DNA of 62,778 nucleotides, the filler included, from Rhabdomonas costata (lineage: Eukaryota), in assembly GCA_019059605.1 (NCBI GenBank). It is 32 parts of 32 records of this genome, joined end to end, with 100 filler letters (N's around TTAATTAATTAA, not from the genome) between each part and the next. Parts side by side here need not be neighbours in the genome. Positions count along the whole stretch, not along the records: positions 51,036 to 52,897 come from JAHMHO010008057.1; positions 52,998 to 54,859 come from JAHMHO010008058.1; positions 54,960 to 56,821 come from JAHMHO010008059.1; positions 56,922 to 58,783 come from JAHMHO010008060.1; positions 58,884 to 60,816 come from JAHMHO010008061.1; positions 60,917 to 62,778 come from JAHMHO010008062.1; 26 more parts are not named here. The stretch is one strand, 5' to 3'. Shown here in pieces: positions 51,603 through 62,778 of the stretch (its first letter is position 1; every line of letters begins with the position of its first letter). Made by a program: the position numbers and the translations under genes. Under the pieces are notes generated by a model. That model had not been told where the DNA came from, did not search any database, and saw only the letters and a list, made by a program, of their open reading frames with translations.

Positions 51603-53065
51603 GGATGCAACCGGGGCACGGTGACTGCTTTTCCTCCACTTCTGCAGTGCAGCACGACTATCGTTTGGCGTACTGGATCGACAGTTCTTTGACGGAAAGG
51701 GAGGGGAGGGAGGAAGCAACTTCGAGCCTCTCGAAGATAATTGTGCGCACTCCTCGTTGCTCCCGCCGGACAGCCTCTCTATCGGGGATCATCATATCAT
51801 TATCAAATAGGCGCGAAGTTCGATTGCTAGAGTTGATTTCTCTTTTACTTTGTGGAGCTTTTGGTGCTTTCTAGTGCTGTATAGACAAATGTATTGCACT
51901 CAATCAAGCGGAAGCGCCCTTAAATGAGAAGAATACTGCGGAACACGAAATGGGATGTCATGCGACGAATTTGGACATAAACGTAAGCAACCTTCCATTT
52001 GTATTAGCGAATTAGACATCACCACACCAGCTGTGGTCTACACATCCACTCTGAAATATGGTAGTTTCAAAAATATGGTAGTTTTTAATTAGTATCCTCA
52101 CGTGTCATGCAGGTAACTTCACAGTTCTAATAAAAACAAGCGATACTGAAATCTCTATTTCCAGAGCCGTTTCCCCCTCGTATCGTGTAATACAATTCAA
52201 AGCTTTCCAGCAGCATTACATGAGTTTATCTTCTTCCAACGGTCTGAATAAATTACTTACTTGCCTGCCTTGGAATGTGCTGGAAAAGGTAACAAAATTG
52301 GTTCGACTGTTATGCAATCAAATAATATGAATGAAAGCAGCGCACGCAATTCAGTGCGCAGAACGTTTTTCTTGTCACACCTGGGAGTTTTGTTTTACCA
52401 CCACTATCCTGTTTCATATGTGAGCATACAGCTTGTGGGTTTCGAACTTTAGGGGGTTCCGCACAAAAACCTTCCAAGTCCTCCTAATGGCCTCACATGC
52501 ATTTATTTACAAGCAATTATGCTCCAGCTCGACAGACGAGTTCTGCAGATTCAGAAAAAGGACTGAAACAAAATTACAAAGATGACAATCGCAGATGGGT
52601 AACCGTAATTTCCTTAAATAATCGTAAATAGGAAGCGATCAGTGACAGTGGAATTTTGATGGCTCTTCGTTCCTTTTCCGGTGGAAACGGAACGAAGTGC
52701 CAAAGAAAGAACGGGGAAGCCTCCATCTTGCAGTGAGCATCAAAACCACAAGATCAATACGCAAAGGTCTCAAAGCCCCACCCCGTCGCCAGGCTATGTT
52801 TGCACCTTCAGTTTATAAAAAAATGCTGTGAAGGACGTTCTTGGATGATTTCTTGAATCTTTCTCAGCATGCAAGACTATGTATCACTGATCAATCANNN
52901 NNNNNNNNNNNNNNNNNNNNNNNNNNNNNNNNNNNNNNNNNTTAATTAATTAANNNNNNNNNNNNNNNNNNNNNNNNNNNNNNNNNNNNNNNNNNNNTTG
53001 TTTCTGTCAGCTGGTCGCATGCCCATGCCTCTGTCCTCCCTTCTTTCATCTGCACTGAATCTCAG

Positions 53066-54658
53066 GCTGACAAGAGCAAGCCATGGAAGAACACTCCCTT
53101 TGCCATCAACTACTCCTTGACCAGTGCGGAAATTCTCTGCAATGTGCTGGTCGAGGCTTCTCCGGATCCAACTGCTGCTGCTTCTGGCTTGCCAGAAGAG
53201 AACAACTTCACATGCTTTGTGATGCCTCCGTCCAGCACGGAGGGTGCCTTTGGACGCAACGTTGTCTTTCTGATGGATCACTCCAAGTCGATGGAAGGTT
53301 TCCGTTTGTTTGTTTGGTGTGGTTAGTTCTCGGTGGAGCGATTTCAGTATGATAAATTGGCCATGTTTGCCACCTTCCTTGTCCATATGATCCACACTGC
53401 GTAAACTGTGGACACTTTGGGCTCTTTCTGATTTTAATGAGCTGAGACCGCATTCTTCCCGCCGTAAGTTATTCACCGTGGTTTCATCAGGAGAGCCCCT
53501 AGAATGCGCCAAGCGAGCTGTCCATGCGGCGCTGCTAACGCTGCGGCACACCGACCGGTTCTCCATCCTCCAGTTCAACCACAAGGTGGAGGCCTTCTCT
53601 CGGGAGCTGCTTCCAGTTAACCCCCAGAGCTTGCTCAGCGCGCAGGACTACATTCAGCGAATCATCGCTTCAGGAGCGTGCAGGCCATCTGCGCACCCGT
53701 CCCTATTCATCCAACTGTCCACCTAAACGGAACGTCCTGAACGGAACATGATGCCACCTGCAAATATGCATCAAGGGAACATGAGGCCCTCCGTGCTCAT
53801 ACTGAACTTTGCTTCCTGCTCCGTTAAGGAGTGTTTCTGTGATGTCACGCCCAAAGTGGAACCCAGTGGAATCCGAAGAAAGCTTTTTAAGCTGGTAAAA
53901 ATGAGAAAAGGCAACATCCTTATGCAAGGTTCATTTCACCAAGGCTTTTTTTTTCACCTTTGTCTATAGGCCGTTGGTGAATGATTCTCTCTGCCCGTTG
54001 CGAATTATCTGCTGTTCTGGTGACTGGGGTTGTTTTAAGCTGATCGAAATGTTTTAAGAAGGTGCGAGCAGGGGTCTCCTTGTTTTTGTAACGAAAAAGT
54101 GAGAGGTAATGCGAAACTTTCCTTTCTCAAGTCGAAATTAAGCGAAAATTTGCCAAAAAAAAGGAAAGAAAGAAAATAAAAAATAGCAAATCACATCAAA
54201 CACTCATATCGTTATGGGGAAGAAACGGCATAAGAGAGTGAGAGAGATAAATAAGAGCTGCGTGAAGGGCCCCCGCCAGGGGGTGCAAGGGCATCGCAGC
54301 CTTTTCTGGTCGTTGGTTGTGTCTTACTTTGGTGTGGTTCGTCCTCTTAGGCCAAACCAACATCGCTCTCCCGCTGAACATGGCGGTGCAAATGCTGAAG
54401 TCCACCTCTAAGATGGCCTCGGGCTGCTCCCGCACGGGTGCCCTGCCCATGGTGGTGCTGCTCACGGACGGGTGCGTGGAGGATGAGAGAGAGATCTGCC
54501 GGCAGGCCGCACTGGCCACGACAGGGATCCGGATCTCCACCTTCGGCATCGGGCCGTTCTGCAACGGGTTCTTTCTGAAGATGCTGGCGGAGCTGGGCAA
54601 GGGCTCGGCGCTGACCGCTCTGCAGTGCCAGTCGATCTTCCCCCAAATCCTGCAGTTG
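53066..54658 (+). CDS. vWA-domain protein (VIT-vWA / inter-alpha-trypsin inhibitor-like); exons 53066-53298, ~53491-53673, 54351-54658
   Basis: VVFLMDHSKSMEGEPL (DxSxS MIDAS), DRFSILQFN, GQTNI, VVLLTDGCVEDER, RISTFGIGPFCNGFFLKMLAELGKG. Confidence 0.93.
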
Positions 54659-55289
54659 GTCCACCTCTTGGAGGTTCCGCATTGGCTGCTGTGATGCGCA
54701 ACTCTTGTAGGGAGGGAACACAGCACGGGTTGCACTGGACTATGCTTGCTAGCCTCTGCTCTACGGCTTTTTTGAGTGTGTGTGTGTGTCGTCCCGGCCA
54801 AGTGCACAAAGTGTTTTGGGGGGGAGGGAGAAACGCGAGTCTTCCCCGGAAAAAACCCCNNNNNNNNNNNNNNNNNNNNNNNNNNNNNNNNNNNNNNNNN
54901 NNNTTAATTAATTAANNNNNNNNNNNNNNNNNNNNNNNNNNNNNNNNNNNNNNNNNNNNGGTTGGGTTGCATTCGCACTTTCAGAGATGCAGATTCCCAC
55001 GCTGTGCTGGTCTGGCGCGTTTCATCCACTCAGCGAAGCCCGCAAGTACTGCACGTTGAGGAAGTGGAGAAAAGGGGGGGTTGAGATAACGTTTTTTGTG
55101 TTGGTTGCTTGGGAAACATGCTCTGCAGGCTGCCGTTGGCTTCGTTCACCACTGAAACAGCATGGATCAACTTTTGCTAGTTTAGAGCGTTCCCGAAAAC
55201 CACCCATGAAAGGAAAATCAAAATGTTTCAAGCCACCATTTTCCGAACGGAACCTATTCCGAATTACTAACAAAACACAGCCAGGGTGC

Positions 55290-55322
55290 CCTCAGGCCTT
55301 CCCTCAGGCCTTCCCTCAGGCC
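55290..55322 (+). repeat. Short tandem repeat, 12-bp unit CCTCAGGCCTTC x ~2.7
   Basis: Directly visible; intronic. Confidence 0.8.
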
Positions 55323-55359
55323 CCCGACGCATGTACACCACCTCCTTATCTTCCTTTAG

Positions 55360-56176
55360 ATCTATTGTTGTCCGAATGGGACGAGCGTACCCTTTCGACG
55401 GCAAGAGTTATGTTGCCCGATGACGCCAACCCCGCGGGTAACGTTCATGGAGGTTTGCTCTTGTCCTGCACATTGTTTTTCTTGTATGTTCCTGTTTGAG
55501 AGTGACAATCGAGAGATCGAGAGTAGTGTTGCCTTTGTTGTGAGCAGCACCCAGTCACACCTTTGTAATCCGAGCTGGTGACTTCATTGCTTCACAACAG
55601 TGTTGGGAATGACGAGAAGTTCCGACGAGTGCATTTCAGGTTCAGAAAAGGAGGCCGCTGACATATGCCGTGCGGAAACTGCTTCCTTGTAATCCTTGTA
55701 ATAATGATCCCTTGATTGAAACATCCACACAGGCCCTCTGCTTTCAACGTCCCACAGGGACCACCCTGAAAATGATCTCCGAGGCGGGCTTTGTCGTGGC
55801 CTGCCGCCACGTTAATTCCACCTGCAGCCTGAACCCCACGGAGCACACTCCAATCATTCCTATCCCGGCCCACCTGGACGAGGTCCACTTCGAGCAGCCC
55901 GTGCACGTCGGGGAGCTGGTGCACCTGTTTTCCACGTTGGCGTTCACCTCACGGCACACTATTGAGGTGGACGTGGTTGTGGAGGCGGAAGACCTGGCCA
56001 CCCGTCGTCGTCGTCGCACCAACACGGCTCGTGTGACATATGTTGGGGCCACCCCGACGCTGGGGCTGACTCCAGAGCTGAAGACACCGCCCGCTGAGGT
56101 CCCGCAGCTGGTTCCTCGGAACGAGGAGGAGCAGGCGCTGTTTGAGGCAGGGCAGGCGCGCTACGAGGCGCGAAAG
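55360..56176 (+). CDS. HotDog-fold acyl-CoA thioesterase (ACOT7/BACH-like), N-terminal domain; exons 55360-55452, 55758-56176
   Basis: RVMLPDDANPAGNVHGGTTLKMI..AG...ACRH, F..PVHVGELVHL...FTSRHTIEV.V.VEAED, VPQLVP..EEEQ..FE.G..RY..RK. Confidence 0.92.
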
Positions 56177-57289
56177 GTACAGCGGTCTTAGTCTGCGTCC
56201 TGTTCAACACCAGTGACAACTAAGGCTATCTCCACCCAAATCTTAACTCACATCGACTCACCATTGGAATTTCGAAAACCTTAGTCCGATCCTTGCCTCC
56301 CTTCCACCACCACAACCCTACGTCATCGTTAGCCGCGATGGGAGAGTGAGGCCTCTTCACAGTTTTTTTTTTAGAGATGAGATTGGGTCGCCTACACCAT
56401 TTTCAATTTTCCATGTCCTGAATATTGATAATGGTATACCCCATTGGTTTTTCAAAGGACCCTCCCCCATCCCCTTCCACTACCCATGACCAAGCGTAGT
56501 CGTCGCCATTGTGGTCGCTTGTCGGGGTGGGAGGGGGTGGTCGGTCTGGTCTTCACGGAGTGAGCGGCACTATAACCATTTGCCTTGACGATGACAATAC
56601 CTCGCGCAGCCACTCATTCGCTGTCCTTATCTGTGGCCCACCAACCGGGCTCCTTTCTGCACAATCGTGGTTGCTCTTAATCGCGGAGTTGGCCTGGTCC
56701 CATTCTGACGTTCTGGCCCTCCTTTCACCACATCGGAGACATTAGTGAAGGTCGTAAGTTACTCTCGCGGAGCACATAATGGACGCTTGTTTTTTTTGTT
56801 TCCGCGTATGACAAGGCTGAGNNNNNNNNNNNNNNNNNNNNNNNNNNNNNNNNNNNNNNNNNNNNTTAATTAATTAANNNNNNNNNNNNNNNNNNNNNNN
56901 NNNNNNNNNNNNNNNNNNNNNGTGGTGTTTGATCTCACAGAGGGGTTGGGGTGCGATGTACCCTATAAAAACCCTGTAAAAAGTGCGTCGCGTTTTCCGA
57001 AAAGCACTGTGTGCTATGAGCCACTATGAGCCATGTACTGATTTTGATATCAGCGTGTGTGCTTTGTGGAACCTTGCATTTTTAGGGCGAGGGGTAAGCG
57101 TTTGACTCCGCTAAACGCCGAAGATCTTCCGCATGACACGTTTCCGATTAATACGTCCGCCCAGGTCTCGCAGCCCTCGTCTGGTGTTTCCATCAATCCG
57201 CGGAAAATGCTTAACGGCGTTTTTATTGTAAAACTCTCAAAAATCCACTTTCCCCTCGTACACACCCACACCCTGCATCGCTACTTCAG

Positions 57290-58383
57290 GTGCCCACGCT
57301 GTGGGCGGACAAGGCGTACCCCTCGCTGCGGCCGCTGAGCGCGTGGGTGGACGACCTGGTGCGGCGATGTGGGTTTATCCAGGAGTGGTTCGACGGGGGC
57401 CCCCCGGCGGTGTTCTGGGTCTCCGGGCTGTACTTCCCGCAGGCCTTTCTCACGGGCACCCTCCAGAACTACGCCCGGAAGTACCAGATCAGCATTGACA
57501 CCGTGTCCTTCTCCTTCGAGATCATGCGCACCCCGGTGAAGCAGTGCACACCCAAGGAAGATGGTGTGTGTGTGCGTGCGTGTCTACATATCAGAATGAT
57601 CGATCAAAGCTTGAAAAGGGTGTCCTTCTTTGCGAAAAAGGCAGGTGATTACTTCGTTTTCCTCCATACCACTAAACTCCCTGGGCTCCCACTAAACTTT
57701 GCACAAGTGCCAACGAAATTGTGTTTGCGGTATACACGCGGTCATCAGTTCCCGGATGGGGTAAAAAATCCCTCAAAAGTAGCCAAAAATGATGTTATGT
57801 ATTGCATTGTTTTTCGCCGAACAATTGGCGTTTGTGCGGGCATGCCCTGCTGCTCCTTTATTGACAAAAAGGAAAGAAAAAAAAGAAGAAAATGGCCATT
57901 TTTCGGTCTTTCTGCTTCCTCATCTCTCGGAGCAAGCCCCCCATTTCCCTTTTGGAATCAAATAACCATGTTTCCCGTCTTATCTGGTATTACTATTGTG
58001 GGCTGGCTTTTGTTTTGCTAATCCATTTTTGTGTAACCCCACGTGGGCTCTTGAGTGAGACGAGTGCGCAATCACCGCAGAAAATGGGAGGGCTTATTTG
58101 AAAGCTCGCTTCGGGTCGTCGTATCCCCGGACCTGAATCAATTCGAAAACCAACGGTACCCGCAACAGAACCGGAAGATTAGGAATCCGCCATTGGGGTT
58201 CGCCTGTGGTTAGTTTTGCGGTGAGTTGGTTGGTGGGGTTTGTGTAGGGGTGCTGGTGTACGGGCTGTTCATGGAGGGGGCGCGGTGGGACTCCGAGGCC
58301 GGTGTCATCGCGGAGTCGCGGCCCAAGGAGCTGTTCACAGACCTCCCAGTAGTGTGGCTGAAGCCCGAAGTCAACCGAGTCAG
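57290..58383 (+). CDS. Axonemal dynein heavy chain, C-terminal domain; exons 57290-57563, 58248-58383
   Basis: VPTLWADKAYPSLRPLSAWVDDL...FWVSGLYFPQAFLTGTLQNYARKY.ISID...GVLVYGLFMEGARWD...ESRPKELF..LPVVWLKP, typical of inner-arm dyneins. Confidence 0.97.
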
Positions 58384-58954
58384 GTGTGCAGTTGGCTTCA
58401 GTTTCCTTGGAGTGCTGCTGGGTCCCGAGGTGTCGGTCTGATTCTGTTCTGATTCTGATCCCCAGGTTCTGAACAACATTAAGCTGAAAAAATCGTAAAA
58501 TGGTACTGAAAATGTAGAAGAATAGCACTTAGCACGAACAAAAAAACATATGAAAACCAAATGAAAGCGTAAAGAGGAAAAGAACACGGCAGCTGTGGAA
58601 GAGTAATGGACAGAGTGCTGTAGCAGAATGGACACGGAGAGCAAGCAAAACGAGGAAGAAGGAAGAAGCGAGCAGGGAAGCGGGAAGCCGGAAATGAGAT
58701 GGAGGATATAAGCCGAAACTGAGGTGTTTCATCTTTTTCATCGCCCTTCTTGCACGGTATTTGCCTTGATGTCATGCTAAATCNNNNNNNNNNNNNNNNN
58801 NNNNNNNNNNNNNNNNNNNNNNNNNNNTTAATTAATTAANNNNNNNNNNNNNNNNNNNNNNNNNNNNNNNNNNNNNNNNNNNNGCGCCAAAAAACCAACA
58901 GGTGTGCAGAACAAGCAGCACAAGGACACGCCACAGCACACCGCGCCAAGGCGC

Positions 58955-58956
<2 letters not shown>

Positions 58957-59034
<78 letters not shown>
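58957..59034 (+). repeat. (TG)39 microsatellite
   Basis: Directly visible. Confidence 0.98.
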
Positions 59035-59036
<2 letters not shown>

Positions 59037-59852
59037 CAACTGAAATTGAATTATATATTTTAACGGTTTTTGTTTATTTCGTTCAACCCCTCCAAATACT
59101 CTAAGAATGCGCCTCCGTGGGCAAAGTACATGAAACATCCGCATTTCCTCCAATAACGACGGTCCCGCATATGCTGGGCACCCAAAAACCTGGCAGAATT
59201 GGAAAATCATATGCTAGTAGAATGACAGATTCGGACGATCACAGCGTAGCCATCACGATCGGTAAAACGCGTCGTTTTGTGAACGCAAACATTTCCACCG
59301 TTTTGCTTTCGCTTGCGCCGATGTCAGGATACAGCCTGGCCGCAACCAGTTTACTCGCAGATTCCCGTTGTTTCAAATTCTCCCATCCCTTCCCTTTACA
59401 ACCGCTCTTGCCCGCGCACCTTGCGCCTTACACTTCTCCTTCGACTTGCTTTGTATGGGCCAATTTGTCGGGGTCCACCGCTGTTGTCTAACCTCCTTAC
59501 CCTTTGGTTTTTGAACGGCTGGAAAACCACCAAAAGTCCACAGTATGTCCGAAGATATTCAAAACGCCATCAAACCAAACGAAACCCTATTTTGGTACGG
59601 CACCACGCCGCACACTTCTTGATCCCAGCGCCTCGGCCGCCCGCGCTCTAACATTCACGCCTTCCCTCGATGTCCCATTTCTGGCTTGCAATCTTTGCTT
59701 TCCACGCGTCCACGCTGCCTCTCACGTCACTTTCGACATAATCCCCGTGGCCCGATTATTTTCGAGCCGAACCTTCCACACGGCGCTTGCTTAGGGCAAA
59801 ACTTAAACAAACACTTAAGACTTCTGGGTTGGGAGGGTCCTAAGATTGGAGA

Positions 59853-60130
59853 CCGCTGGACCCGGACATAAGGGCGTGCGACGCCGAACGTAGGAGGTCA
59901 CGCAATGGGGAGGGCACGGCGGCAGAAAATATTAGTGGTGACCGAATCAATCCAGCAGAGGTTCTATTTAGATGACGATACCTCCCCGTGCGAAAAAAAC
60001 CGTTTGAAGGCTGATGCTAGGAGGCGAATGGGCCTGAACCTGAAAAAATTCCGCTCGCGTCTTTGCAATTATCACAAGAAAGCACGAAGCTGGCTCACTA
60101 GTTTTGCAACAAGGAGGTAATACATACCGG
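59853..60130 (+). pseudogene. Decayed TnpB/Fanzor-like fragment (RuvC-I through helical region)
   Basis: PLDPDIRA (cf. ALDPG.RT), frameshift, then ...RRRMGLNLKKFRSRLCNYHKKARSWLTSF...stop-YIP (cf. RRRM..A..R...RI.NL...H.K...WL......IP). Confidence 0.4.
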
Positions 60131-60204
60131 CTCACCACAGTGGATATAAGAGCCGAGACGACAACCGAAGCACACAGACGCGCGCGGGACCAACTGCAAG
60201 CCCC

Positions 60205-60667
60205 TTAGTGGTGGCCGTGGTCATGCTTGTTGTGGGCGGCCTCAGCCAGAGCCTTGATCTCCTTCGAGGACGGCTCGGCAGGGCTGTTGAGCAGGATTCC
60301 AAAGTCGTCACCCTTCTTTGCCCAGTTCCAGTTCTCGCAGAGCTTGACGCTATCCTGAGCATCCCACCACCCAAGAAACTGATAGCGGCAGCCCATCCAC
60401 GGGCCAGGGTCTCAGGGAACCGACACTCGCCATCCTTGATGTCAATCCTCCCACGAGCAAACATATGAACACTGAAACTCAATCAAATGTCCAGTACACA
60501 CAAATCCTCCCTGCTTCAGGACAGACGGCAAGCGGAGATGTCCAAGGTAACAGACAACAGGAACAAAAGCAGCGGCGCTTCTGGATACAAAGAGGCGTCA
60601 CATGGAATCTGATCTGACAAAACCTCAGAATGGCACTTCCGCATCTGGAAGTTCTTGAGGCTCTCTG
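60205..60667 (-). CDS. C-terminal exons of a Trp-rich hypothetical protein ending HNKHDHGHH
   Basis: GC3-rich frame PGPWMGCRYQFLGWWDAQDSVKLCENWNWAKKGDDFG...HGHH-TAA; upstream exon ESLKNFQMRK. One frame discontinuity at ~60410-60430. Confidence 0.6.
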
Positions 60668-61846
60668 TTTCAAAAGGTTTCTCCAGGCAAACGTTTGGTA
60701 ACCATGCCGCCCAATCTCCAGAACTATGCGCTAGCACTCCTGGGCAACGCTAGCCGATATGACGGCATCGGCCTTTTCTGTTTCGATATTAAACCCAATG
60801 TCTCTTCCCAACACCCNNNNNNNNNNNNNNNNNNNNNNNNNNNNNNNNNNNNNNNNNNNNTTAATTAATTAANNNNNNNNNNNNNNNNNNNNNNNNNNNN
60901 NNNNNNNNNNNNNNNNTGGGTCCTCGCGGGTGAGGACGGGGACCGGCGCAGGGGAGGAGTCCCCCGCGACCCCCGGGTGGGTTGCTCGCTCTTCTCGCTC
61001 TCGTTCTCGTTGCTCTCGCTCTCGTTGTCCCCCTGAGCGGTTGAAAAATGATGTTGGCAGTTTTGTGTACATTGCCGAATTGTCTCTCTCTGTTGTCCTC
61101 TGGTGCTAAACTCCTTTCCAAGCAAAATTATTCACCCGTTTATTTTTTTCCACATGTTACATGGCACAGTAGCATTGCAAAAGACCGGCAATTTCAACTT
61201 TCGGGAAATTGCTCGGCAAAATTTAGCAAAACTTTAGCAAAACTTTTGGTGTTCCAGGGCCGTGAACCAACCAGACAAAAGAAACTCTGAAGCTCTGTCC
61301 ACAAACCCTGCCTTATATACATGATTAGCAACTGCATGGAGGCAGGAGGCGTGACATGACCGACACGTTTACGTCCATATGCAACCAAAACAAGTTCAAT
61401 TAAAAACAACGGGAAGTACGATCAAACCAGAAACAGCAACGATAACGGTTTGTTTGCCTCATCACTTTTTTTTCACAGAAACAACATGGAACAAAACTCA
61501 AACATTGTAAAAAAAAACAGTCGGAAATTAATTTTGGAAATGAAGCTGGGAATATTTTTTCTGAAACTCTGAATAGCCAGGGAACAAGTAATGGCCCGGT
61601 ACGTAAAACATTGGGACTTCTTAGGTGTGAAACAAATACAAATAGCAGCACTCGACTGAACTCAGCATCTTGCCAGCTATCATAGACCTCAAGATTAACA
61701 AGATTAACAAAGGCAAGAAATTCACGTTTTGAGACAAGTCAGTTTTGAGGCATGTCAACAAGCAAACGAACAACCGAAATGAATTCAAAGCAAGCGGAGC
61801 AGGGCAGAGGGAGAAACCATGTAAGCCAGGACACAGCTTCGCTCAC

Positions 61847-62261
61847 CAAACGGCCAAAATGAAGGAGCAACAAGGTCAACGTTCACGAGCTCCGACGCCA
61901 AGTCTACGCCCTGTAGAAGCAACCCGGGCTCCCAGCTGGCACGGAACACGAGCCGCTTCCGGGGGCTTTTGGTGCTGCCGCTGCTACCGCTCCCAAAGGG
62001 AACAGCAAGCGGTGCCGTATTCTCGGCCTCCACCGACATTAGAGGAACGACTGCACGAGTTTGGGCACAACCCGACCGGCAGCGCACCCGAAGGCGGATG
62101 GGGCGAGGGGGAGGGGCAGAATACAGAGGGGAGCGATGGAACCGCACCGCTGCGGAAAGGATCTCAAGCTGACCCCATTGTGGGCGGGCGTCAGTGGAAC
62201 CGCGAATTGCAATGCTCACCGAAGCCGAACGGAGCCTGGAGACAAACTCTCCGCCAGCAGC
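61847..62261 (-). CDS. Hypothetical protein exons
   Basis: Open GC-rich blocks with AG/GT borders (VPLMSVEAENTAPL...RLVFRASWEPGLLLQGVDL); no family recognised. Confidence 0.45.
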
Positions 62262-62778
62262 TAAAAGAGAGAAACACAGACGCAACGCGCACCAGTTGCG
62301 GCGAGGTCGAGGGTTTGTCACCAGGGAAATTCTATCAAAAGGGATTAATGCGTTTTTATGTTTATGCCTTAAAGAAGGTAAAACTGCAAACCACAATCAG
62401 GGAACAGGACCACCTCCGAAAGTCGCACTGTCTCCACACAGAAAGAACCTTGGGAAGGGCCTGGGGATCTTGAGTATTTTGGAAAATATGAAAAGGAGAT
62501 AAAACACTTGTTCAAAAAGTGCACTGGGTTAGTGGTGTTTTCCAAAGCATTTTCAATTTACTATCAAGTTATATTCCACACATGCCACATATGGAAAAAC
62601 ACAAGTTTGTGTTCAGCCGTTTCTAGAGGAGGGTGGAGGTCCCATGAATGGGAAATCGTTTACTGCTCACTATTTTAGGTGTCAAGGTCATAACCTTGAA
62701 TTTGAACTTTTTTCCGGGTTCATCATCCAAAATTTCCCGTAATAAGGAAGCAAGTCGAATGGAACGGGACACCACACC

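Noticed and set aside
60917..60985. GC-rich hairpins suggesting a ribozyme or structured RNA
   Set aside because: No hammerhead or HDV core motifs; truncated at the contig edge; expected by chance at this GC content.

Overview
This window is not one locus. It is 32 unrelated ~1.86 kb contigs of near-identical, slowly decreasing length, joined by 31 artificial 100-bp linkers (N44-TTAATTAATTAA-N44), so no gene neighbourhood can be inferred across linkers. The DNA is from an intron-rich, flagellated eukaryote: an axonemal dynein is present, exons are GC3-rich, and spliceosomal introns run from ~43 to ~800 nt. Pyrimidine tract + AG just upstream of several start codons hints at spliced-leader trans-splicing. 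A euglenid/discoban-type protist is my inference and is not proven. Recognisable gene fragments: GINS Psf2, ribosomal P1, PGM3, a DEAD-box helicase, LSm14/Scd6, dynein heavy chain, an ACOT7-like thioesterase, a vWA protein, a GH43 hydrolase, an EGF-repeat protein, a dCache receptor, an ABC half-transporter, three ankyrin proteins and an intronless LRR protein, plus three Ty3/gypsy remnants. Best leads: a GA-AG intron implied by vWA alignment, alongside a GC-AG intron and generally relaxed splice signals; a decayed Fanzor/TnpB-like fragment; a mitochondrion-targeted Whirly/MRP-fold protein; a P4-ATPase-like protein lacking the catalytic Asp; an ABCB transporter with an inserted zinc finger; and a bacterial-style intronless LRR gene beside host PGM3. 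All homology calls come from motif recognition by eye; no searches were run.
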